DNA from: Fusobacteriota bacterium
GTDB taxonomy: Bacteria > Fusobacteriota > Fusobacteriia > Fusobacteriales > JBNJFI01
Length of the DNA: 13,776 bases
Direction of reading: 5' to 3'
Assembly (NCBI GenBank): GCA_051746725.1
Contig: JBNJFI010000057.1
Span: forward strand, 1 to 13,776
The notes under the pieces were generated by a model. The model saw only the letters and a list, made by a program, of their open reading frames with translations, was not told the origin of the DNA and did no database searches. How positions within the stretch are numbered: position 1 is the stretch's first letter; each line of letters begins with the position of its first letter. The translations under genes were made by a program, and so were the position numbers. Below, piece after piece: positions 6,781 to 13,776 of this stretch.

Positions 6781-9700
6781 TTAAAGCATCTTAAAATTAG
6801 TAGTACTTCCTTGATTGGTAGCATTTACCTCTAACCTGACATCTATTCGCTCTTTTAATTCAGAAACATGAGAAATAATCCCAACTAATCGACCCCTTTT
6901 TTGCAAATCAACTAAACAGTCAATGGCACTATCCAAAGATTCAGAATCCAAGGTTCCAAAACCTTCATCAATAAACATAGTATCCAAACGTACATTTCCA
7001 GCATAGGATTGAACAACATCTGAAAGGCCAAGGGCCATAGCCAAAGAAGCTTTAAAGCTTTCTCCTCCAGACAGAGTTCTAACGTGTCTAAATTCTCCTG
7101 TATAATTATCCAAAACTTTCATTTCTAAACCACTTTGCTTATTAGCTCTCTCTTTTTCATCAGTTCGAGTTAAAAAATATCTTCCACTACTCATCTCTTC
7201 TAACCTTTGATTAGCTGCAAGGAGTATATCTTCAAAAAAGGCAGCTAAGACATATCTTTCAAAAGTCATTCTATTTTCATTTTTGCCATCTGCAATATCT
7301 GCCAAGTTACCTAATATTTTATATCTCTTTTCTTTTTTGGAGATATTATTATTAATCTTTTCGATATTTCTTAATTCAGTTTCATTGTTTGTAATTTTTC
7401 CTCTTAAGGTCCCTTTTTTGTCAGCAAGTTCCTTTTCAGTATTATTTATTTGCATTATAATATCATCATATTTAGAAACATCTTCTTTTTTTATATCCTG
7501 AGTTTCTTTTAAAATAGATTCATATTGATTATTTAATGAAAATAAATTTTTATTAAATTCAGCAATCTCTTTTTGCAGTTTTTCCAATTCTAAAGATGTA
7601 TATTTATAATTATTATAATCATCATAATCTTTAAAATCTGATTCAGATATTTTATTCTTAAATTTTTTAGATTTATCTTTTATAATATTTTTCAAATCAT
7701 CTATATCAGATTTCAACTCCTTAGTATAATTTTTATTACTTTGAATATCACTTTTTAATTTATTATATTTTAAATCAGTTTCTTTTTTTTGAGTATCTAA
7801 TTCTAGAATTTTTCTGTTTTTTTCAGAAATCTTATTTTGAAGATCTTCTTGATCATTAATTTCTTCGGGAAGATCTTTTTTGAATTCTTTTAAATTAGAA
7901 TCTAAAGATATAAATTTGGTTTTAACATTATCAAGTTCAGAACTATTTTTTAAAATAGATTTTTTTAGATTTTCAAGATCATTATTATAGTTTTTTAGAT
8001 TTTTTTCATATTCTGAAATTTTATTGCTTTTATTATTAAGTTCTTTTTTCTTCTTCTTTAAATCTTCAAGATCATTGGTAATCTCAGACTGAATATTTTT
8101 AATATCTGATTTGGAGATATTTTTATTTAAATTTTTATTATTCTTTTGAAGATCTTTTTCTTTAAGTTCTTTTATTTTTTCCTTTATTTTCTCTTCTGAG
8201 TTATCTTTTTTGCTATTACTTTTTATTAATTTTTGTTTGATATCTTGAAAGTTTTCGTTTAATTTATTATATTCTTTTTCTACTTTATCTAGTTTATCTT
8301 TATCGATAGAATCTTTTGTTGGCCTAGCTAATTTTTCGTGGTGTGTTGATCCACAAACAGGGCATTCATCACCCTCTTCTAATTCTTTGGCTAATATTGC
8401 AGCTTGATTTGCAAAAAAGTTATGCTTTGCTTTTTTGAATTCCAATTCTTTTTCTTTTAATTTTTTTTCGAATTCATCTTTTTTGCTATTTATATCTAAT
8501 AATTTTTTATTAGTTTTATTTAAAATTTCTAATTCGTTTATTAGTTTTTCAGAAATATTTAGGATTTCATTATTTTTTGATATCTCAGACTTGATTTCTG
8601 TCAGTTGTAATTTTGCATCTTTTGCCTTTTCTTTAAGATTAATATTTTTTTTGATTTTAAGTTGTGTCTCATCTTTTTGTTTTTCTAAATCCTTTTCTTG
8701 ATTTAAAAGTTTATTTTTTAGTTTTCTAGTTTTTTCTAATTCCTTGGTTAACCCCTCTAGCTTTTTAAATTTCTCAAGAAATCCTTCTAAACTCTTTTTT
8801 TCTCCAATTAATGAATCTCTTTCTAATTTAAATTTATCTGAATTATACCTTTCGTATTTTGGGGATATCTCCTTAAAATTACTTTGCAAATCTTCTAGTT
8901 TTTTCTCTTGTAATTTGAGCTTTTTATCTTTTTTTATTAATTCTTCTTTTTGGGAATTAAGTTCATTTTCAAAAGGTAAAATATCTTTGGCTTTTTTCCC
9001 TTTATTTAATTGCGTTTTCTTTTGGTCTATGATATCTTTTTCTTTATTTAGAAATTCTATTTCTTTTTTTATCTCAGATTTTTTTAATAGTTTTTTATTG
9101 TTTTCTATAGTTATATTTTTTAATTTTAAATTTTGTTCGTATTTTTTTTTAATTTTTTCTAATTGCTTTTCATAAGTTTTTAATATTTTTTTATCTTTTT
9201 TAATAGATTCTTTTATTAATTTTGAAATTTTAGATATATCTCGTTCTTCTGAACTTAAAAGTTCATCTAAAATACTTTTATCATCATATTTTATTCGCCC
9301 TAGAGATTCCGTTCGCGAAGCTTCATATTTTGAAATTTCTTTTTTTAATTCTTTAAAATCTTTTTTAAGTTTCTCTTGAATAATATTATATTTTTTAGTA
9401 TTAAATAATTTCTGTAATACTTCTTCTCTATCTTGACTATCAGAGATTAAAAGCTTTCGAAAATCTCCTTGAGGAATCATCATTATTTGTCGAAACTGGT
9501 CGATATTAATCCCAATTATTTCTTCGATTTTATCATTCACAGAAGTAACTCCAGTTATTATTCTAGCTGGTTTTTGATCAAAGATTTTTAAAGTAGCATC
9601 TGGACTTTGTTCAGTAAATCCATCTCCTCTTTTCTTTTTCCTCATCTGCTTAGGTATCCTATTTATATGATATTTAATATCTTTTAATACAAATTCTAAA

Positions 9701-9939
9701 TCGACTTCTGTGAGTACATCATCATCTGCAAATTGACTTCGAAGTTGATCTGTTATTCTAGTATTTCCATTGGCTTCTCCATACATTGCAAAACTTATTG
9801 CATCAAATATAGTTGTTTTTCCTGAACCAGTTGGACCTGTAATTAAAAATAGGTTCTTATCTTCTAATTCAGAAAAATTAATAATTTCTTCCTTGGGATA
9901 AGGTCCAAATGCTTTCATAGATAATTTTAAAGGTCTCAT
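6781..9939 (-). CDS. sbcC: SbcC (Rad50-like SMC-family ATPase subunit of SbcCD nuclease)
   Basis: N-terminal MRPLKLSMKAFGPY, Walker A GPTGSGKTT, Q-loop MIPQGDF, long coiled coil with central Zn-hook CPVC (8353-8364), signature LSGGE, Walker B MFIDEGFGTLD, IISH. Directly downstream of sbcD. Confidence 0.95.
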   Translation of the reverse strand: MRPLKLSMKAFGPYPKEEIINFSELEDKNLFLITGPTGSGKTTIFDAISFAMYGEANGNTRITDQLRSQFADDDVLTEVDLEFVLKDIKYHINRIPKQMRKKKRGDGFTEQSPDATLKIFDQKPARIITGVTSVNDKIEEIIGINIDQFRQIMMIPQGDFRKLLISDSQDREEVLQKLFNTKKYNIIQEKLKKDFKELKKEISKYEASRTESLGRIKYDDKSILDELLSSEERDISKISKLIKESIKKDKKILKTYEKQLEKIKKKYEQNLKLKNITIENNKKLLKKSEIKKEIEFLNKEKDIIDQKKTQLNKGKKAKDILPFENELNSQKEELIKKDKKLKLQEKKLEDLQSNFKEISPKYERYNSDKFKLERDSLIGEKKSLEGFLEKFKKLEGLTKELEKTRKLKNKLLNQEKDLEKQKDETQLKIKKNINLKEKAKDAKLQLTEIKSEISKNNEILNISEKLINELEILNKTNKKLLDINSKKDEFEKKLKEKELEFKKAKHNFFANQAAILAKELEEGDECPVCGSTHHEKLARPTKDSIDKDKLDKVEKEYNKLNENFQDIKQKLIKSNSKKDNSEEKIKEKIKELKEKDLQKNNKNLNKNISKSDIKNIQSEITNDLEDLKKKKKELNNKSNKISEYEKNLKNYNNDLENLKKSILKNSSELDNVKTKFISLDSNLKEFKKDLPEEINDQEDLQNKISEKNRKILELDTQKKETDLKYNKLKSDIQSNKNYTKELKSDIDDLKNIIKDKSKKFKNKISESDFKDYDDYNNYKYTSLELEKLQKEIAEFNKNLFSLNNQYESILKETQDIKKEDVSKYDDIIMQINNTEKELADKKGTLRGKITNNETELRNIEKINNNISKKEKRYKILGNLADIADGKNENRMTFERYVLAAFFEDILLAANQRLEEMSSGRYFLTRTDEKERANKQSGLEMKVLDNYTGEFRHVRTLSGGESFKASLAMALGLSDVVQSYAGNVRLDTMFIDEGFGTLDSESLDSAIDCLVDLQKRGRLVGIISHVSELKERIDVRLEVNATNQGSTTNFKML

Positions 9940-11099
9940 TATATATTTCTCCCTTCGGTATTGATTTTATTTATTATATCAGACACAATTTCTTTTTTTT
10001 TCTCAGAAAATTTACTTCCAGATATATTTTCATAAAATTCCTCAAATAATTCCAATGAATTTTTTTCTTCAAATCCTTCTTGAGCAGATGTTTTGTCTTG
10101 TCCAACTTCTCTATTATAGATCTTACGCTCAAGTTTTAATATATTTGGATATATTGGTCGCAATTTACTTATAGGATCGCGTAATGCCCCTTTATCGGTT
10201 AATACAGCCATTATATAGTCATCTGTATTGGTTGATTTGTAGACTTCAGGATCTATGAGGTTTTCTAATTTCCCTTGGATTTTTCTCATATTTCTTTTAG
10301 GAATTAGCTCTTTTGTCTTATAAGATATATCACCTTTTTTGTTAATATTTACTATTGTAATGGACTTATGCTGTGTAGCTTCGGAAAATGAATATTTCAT
10401 GATTGAACCGGAATATCTAATTTTATTAACTTTAACTTTCTGAGGTCTATGTAAATGACCTAAAGCAACATAATCAAAATCTTTAAAATAATCAACACTG
10501 ACATAATCTGTTCCACCAATTGAAAGCGGTCTTACAGAATCACTTACCTCTATACTATCAGTACCAGTTATGAAACTATGTGCAATACATATGTTTCTTT
10601 CATTTTTATTTAAATTGATATTTTCTAATACGACTTTCATTGCATCATCATGATTTTTAATATCTGGTTCATTATATTTTTCTTTTATTACCGCTGGTTC
10701 CGTATAAGGAATGGGATAGAAATTTATTTTACCAAATTTATCTTCTAGTATAATGGGGGTTATTTTATTTTCTAAGTTTCCCTTTAGATATAAGTTATTT
10801 TTTTCTAAAATTTCACTTACAAATTCAATTCGATCTGAACTATCATGATTACCTGAAATGCCAATGATAGGAATTTTCAAATCAATTAATATCTTTGAAA
10901 AAGTCTTATTTAATAATCTTATTGCTTCAACAGGAGGAATTGATCTATCGTATATGTCTCCTGCTATTATGATTAAATCTGGTTTTTCTTTTTTTAATAT
11001 ATCTATAAATTGATCTAAAATATATTCTTGGTCTTTAGTCATGTGTAATCCATGTACTAACTTTCCTATATGCCAATCTCCGGTGTGTATAATCTTCAT
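9939..11099 (-). CDS. sbcD: SbcD (Mre11-like metallophosphoesterase nuclease subunit)
   Basis: Motifs HTGDWHIG, AGDIYD, SGNHDS, IAH, YVALGHLH and RYSGS. The stop overlaps the sbcC start as TAATG at 9937-9941 (translational coupling). RBS GGAGG at 11104-11108. Confidence 0.96.
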   Translation of the reverse strand: MKIIHTGDWHIGKLVHGLHMTKDQEYILDQFIDILKKEKPDLIIIAGDIYDRSIPPVEAIRLLNKTFSKILIDLKIPIIGISGNHDSSDRIEFVSEILEKNNLYLKGNLENKITPIILEDKFGKINFYPIPYTEPAVIKEKYNEPDIKNHDDAMKVVLENINLNKNERNICIAHSFITGTDSIEVSDSVRPLSIGGTDYVSVDYFKDFDYVALGHLHRPQKVKVNKIRYSGSIMKYSFSEATQHKSITIVNINKKGDISYKTKELIPKRNMRKIQGKLENLIDPEVYKSTNTDDYIMAVLTDKGALRDPISKLRPIYPNILKLERKIYNREVGQDKTSAQEGFEEKNSLELFEEFYENISGSKFSEKKKEIVSDIINKINTEGRNI

Positions 11100-11131
11100 A
11101 ATACCTCCTATAATTTCATCTTATTTATTAT

Positions 11132-11160
11132 ATTATAACTTAAAAAGAGAGAATATTCAA
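11132..11160 (-). promoter_or_regulatory. Candidate sigma70 promoter for sbcDC
   Basis: Minus strand TTGAAT (11160-11155), 17-nt spacer, TATAAT (11137-11132), about 30 nt upstream of the sbcD start. Confidence 0.6.
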
Positions 11161-11177
11161 TGAATACTCTCTCTTTT
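11142..11177 (-). terminator. Intrinsic terminator after the amidase-SDR genes
   Basis: Minus strand AAAAGAGAGAGTATTCA-T-TGAATATTCTCTCTTTTT. The single mismatch is a G.U pair on the minus-strand transcript, and the hairpin ends in a U-run. It begins 23 nt after the SDR stop. Confidence 0.75.
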
Positions 11178-11200
11178 ACTTGGTCATATATTAATTTATT

Positions 11201-11974
11201 TTAATTTAATTTTTTTTCAACCCATTTACTTCCAAAAAAGGTAGTAATAAATTTAGGAATTTTATCCACAAATTTAATAAGCTTAGTATGTTTCGGAAAA
11301 ATTCTAGATTTATTTTTTAATAATTTTTTTATCGATTCTTCTGCTACTTGCTCTGGAGTCATACTAAAATCTCTTTTGCTTATATGTATCTTGGTCTCAT
11401 CAAAAAAGTTACTAGAAGTATCCCCAGGATAAACACAACTTACAGAAATATTAGAATTTCTTAATTCATATCTAAGTGAATCTGAAAAAGAGCTAATAAA
11501 TGCTTTGCTCGCACTATAAACTGCACCGTATGGAAGTGGGAAAAGTCCAACTAAGCTAGACACATTTAATATATAACCTTGATCATGTGACTTTATCATC
11601 TCTAAAAATCTATATGTCAGTGATAAAACTGCTTTTATGTTTAAGTCAATTAAATTTAACTGTTTTTCTAATTCTAATTCCGGAAATTTTCCAAACATTC
11701 CAAATCCTGCATTATTTATGAGCATATTAACTGAAATACCTTTTTTGAGACACCACTTATATAACTCATCTGCCATATTTTTTTTAGTTAAATCTAATAC
11801 ATAATAGTACACATTAACACCATACTTTTTTGAGAGATCTTCTTTTAGTTTTTTTAATTTTTCTTCTGATCGAGCTACTAAAATTATGTTTAAATTTTTA
11901 CTGGCACATTGTATGGCCATTTCTTTTCCAATTCCTTTACTTGCGCCTGTAATTAAAGTATATTTTTCATTCAT
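11201..11974 (-). CDS. Classical short-chain dehydrogenase/reductase (DltE-like), probably NADP(H)-preferring
   Basis: TGASKGIG (TGxxxGxG), basic residue after beta2 (LVAR), NNAG, catalytic Ser in NVSS, and YSASK (YxxxK). The substrate cannot be determined from sequence. Confidence 0.92.
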   Translation of the reverse strand: MNEKYTLITGASKGIGKEMAIQCASKNLNIILVARSEEKLKKLKEDLSKKYGVNVYYYVLDLTKKNMADELYKWCLKKGISVNMLINNAGFGMFGKFPELELEKQLNLIDLNIKAVLSLTYRFLEMIKSHDQGYILNVSSLVGLFPLPYGAVYSASKAFISSFSDSLRYELRNSNISVSCVYPGDTSSNFFDETKIHISKRDFSMTPEQVAEESIKKLLKNKSRIFPKHTKLIKFVDKIPKFITTFFGSKWVEKKLN

Positions 11975-12015
11975 AATTCTCCCTTCTGTTTATCTTAAAT
12001 CAAATTTTATTTGAA

Positions 12016-13659
12016 TTAATTATTAGTTGTATTTAGCAAACCCAAAACTATTTTTTCAGCATCTTTTTGCCTTAATTTAGCTTGTTTTATCTCCCATACA
12101 TGTGATTTATACTCTAAGTTTTTCACCTCAATTAAAAGTTTTAATTTCCCAGTATTATTTCCGTTTAGAACTATTAATTCTTCACCTTTAATATAAGAGT
12201 TTGCTCCTAAATATGGTTTCATATCTTCAGCTACCTTTTTTGAAAAAACATCAGTTCCTATTTCTTTTTGAAGATACCAAATAGAAGAAGCAGCTGGAGC
12301 ATAAAAGGTTTTATCTGCATGTATACTCATAAATAAAGTTTTATCCTTTTGATTTCCAAAATAATTTTTAGCTATCATAGTTCGATTTTTTATATTTGAT
12401 TTATGTCCCGAAGGTAATTTAAATTTATTGGAATATAAATATTTTTCATTATATACTTCATTTTTTTCATTTACAAAAGTTTTTATGGAATTTCTTGTTA
12501 AATGATTTGGACTTAGAACAGTCATTATAGCATCTGCTCCATGCAATTTAAGCAAAATATAAATTCTTAAAGAAATATCGTATACATATTCATCTTCCAT
12601 TATATGAAAATGACCATTTGCATTTTTCCCGGTAACCACAACTCCTGGATCTATTCCTCCATGTCCAGGATCGACTACAATTTTCCATCCTTCTAATTTA
12701 TTACTTAACTTAGGAAGTTTTTTTATAACCTTGTCTAATTCTTCTATTAAAAAATTTGCTTTATTATATAACCGCTTATGTGTTGTAAATGCACTTTCAA
12801 AATATTCAGAGTTTTTTTGATATTGATATCTAGGAGTATGAAAATAATAGCTATCTCCATTAAATTTAGTATTAGCTTTACTAATTTTTATATTATCAAA
12901 AAATAAATCTCTTGTTTTTTCCATTTCAAAACTAAATCCCAAAGGAAGTACTTTCAGTTCATTTCCATAATTTATTTTATTATTTTCCAAATTATTAATA
13001 GTTTTAATTTCTTTTAAAGACATATTATGTAATCTTGCTATCTCAGATAACGTTTCGCCTTTTGAAACAAAATATTTTACGTATTTATTTTTATTTATTT
13101 TAGGTTTAGATTTTAAATTAGTTTTAGTTTTGTCGTTATCTTTTTTATTATTTTTAGATTCTCTTTTATTATTAATATTTAAAGTTAAGGATTGACCAGA
13201 ATAGATATTCATGTTTTTTAAATTATTTGCATTTTTAATATCCTTAATAGATAATTCATATTTATTAGCAATCTCCCATAGAGAATCCCCCTCCTGAACT
13301 ATGTATTTATCTTCTGTTTTTTCAACGAGATATAATATATCTCCAGGAAAAATGTTATTATCTTCCAATCCATTTTTTTTCTTTAAATCTTCTAGTTTAA
13401 TATCATTGGCTTTGGCTATGCTAAAAAGGGTATCCCCTTTTTTGACAACATATATTTTTTGATTAATTATTTTTAATTCTTGTTCTAAATAAATAGTGTT
13501 ATTCTCAAGATTGTTAATGGATTTTAGCTGTTCTAATCCTATGTCAAATTTTTGAGATATACTGAAAAGTGTATCTCCCTTTTCTACTTGATATGTTATA
13601 GTGTTTTCTGAATATAAATTAGTTGATAATAGTATTAAAATACATATTAGTTTTTTCAA
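12016..13659 (-). CDS. Secreted 4xLysM N-acetylmuramoyl-L-alanine amidase (Amidase_3 family)
   Basis: TTG start with RBS AGGGGG and a signal peptide. LysM repeats at about aa 21-64, 68-111, 117-160 and 194-237. Zn ligands H333 (VDPGHGG), E355 and H447 (SIHAD), plus catalytic E511 (LLIEV). Confidence 0.92.
   Translation of the reverse strand: MKKLICILILLSTNLYSENTITYQVEKGDTLFSISQKFDIGLEQLKSINNLENNTIYLEQELKIINQKIYVVKKGDTLFSIAKANDIKLEDLKKKNGLEDNNIFPGDILYLVEKTEDKYIVQEGDSLWEIANKYELSIKDIKNANNLKNMNIYSGQSLTLNINNKRESKNNKKDNDKTKTNLKSKPKINKNKYVKYFVSKGETLSEIARLHNMSLKEIKTINNLENNKINYGNELKVLPLGFSFEMEKTRDLFFDNIKISKANTKFNGDSYYFHTPRYQYQKNSEYFESAFTTHKRLYNKANFLIEELDKVIKKLPKLSNKLEGWKIVVDPGHGGIDPGVVVTGKNANGHFHIMEDEYVYDISLRIYILLKLHGADAIMTVLSPNHLTRNSIKTFVNEKNEVYNEKYLYSNKFKLPSGHKSNIKNRTMIAKNYFGNQKDKTLFMSIHADKTFYAPAASSIWYLQKEIGTDVFSKKVAEDMKPYLGANSYIKGEELIVLNGNNTGKLKLLIEVKNLEYKSHVWEIKQAKLRQKDAEKIVLGLLNTTNN
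12949..13599 (-). repeat. Four LysM-domain repeats (3 tandem, Asn/Lys-rich linker, 1 more)
   Basis: Repeated Y-x-V-x2-G-[DE]-[TS]-L-x2-I...N-[NG]-L pattern: YQVEKGDTLFSI, YVVKKGDTLFSI, YIVQEGDSLWEI, YFVSKGETLSEI. Confidence 0.93.
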
Positions 13660-13705
13660 AAATTAATCCCCCTATCTAAATAAGTTCAGTTAATTAAATA
13701 TATAT

Positions 13706-13739
13706 CAAAAAAGCTATGGAAAAATCCATAACTTTTTTG
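13706..13739 (-). terminator. Intrinsic terminator, probably of an upstream minus-strand gene lying mostly outside the window
   Basis: Minus strand CAAAAAAGTTATGGA-TTTT-TCCATAGCTTTTTTG. The 15-bp arms have one mismatch that is U.G on the minus strand, and the hairpin ends in a U6 tract. Confidence 0.75.
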
Positions 13740-13776
13740 TATTGTTTTATATATTATTTACTACTTTTAGCTTTTT

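Noticed and set aside
7283..9175. Plus-strand Phe/Ser/Leu-rich ORFs 7283-7501, 8435-8701 and 8744-9175
   Set aside because: Antisense shadows of the Lys/Glu-rich SbcC coiled coil; their hydrophobicity is an artefact of that.
6781..11099. SMC-like ATPase plus nuclease as an anti-phage or anti-plasmid system (Wadjet, Lamassu)
   Set aside because: The Zn-hook CPVC, the Mre11-type partner and the sbcD-sbcC order are those of housekeeping SbcCD; there are no kleisin/KITE or effector genes.
11100..11200. SOS/LexA box upstream of sbcD
   Set aside because: No match to CTGT-N8-ACAG or GAAC-N4-GTTC; the palindrome present is explained as a terminator.
12949..13599. Repeated sequence as a CRISPR or tandem DNA repeat
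   Set aside because: The repeats are degenerate, in frame and explained by the LysM domains.
13745..13776. 3' end of an upstream minus-strand CDS (…KAKSSK* or …KLKVVNNI*)
   Set aside because: Plausible given the terminator, but too short to determine frame or identity.

Overview
Very AT-rich window from a diderm bacterium, inferred from an outer-membrane barrel and a LolA-like protein. Left half (minus strand): a tightly packed five-gene operon encoding a LolD/MacB-type ABC ATPase, two different 4-TM FtsX/MacB/LolCE-type permeases with enlarged periplasmic domains, a secreted LolA-like protein, and a signal-peptide-bearing putative beta-barrel. The barrel gene starts at 1285, runs off the left edge and is absent from the ORF track. 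Together these look like a Lol-like trans-envelope conduit with a barrel where LolB would be expected, and this is the best candidate for an uncharacterised system. Middle: a divergently transcribed 143-aa orphan with its own promoter and a bidirectional terminator. Right half (minus strand): a 4xLysM N-acetylmuramoyl-L-alanine amidase, a classical SDR, then translationally coupled sbcD-sbcC whose predicted promoter overlaps the upstream terminator. I saw no mobile elements, CRISPR arrays or RNA genes. All family assignments come from motif recognition by eye; no searches were run.
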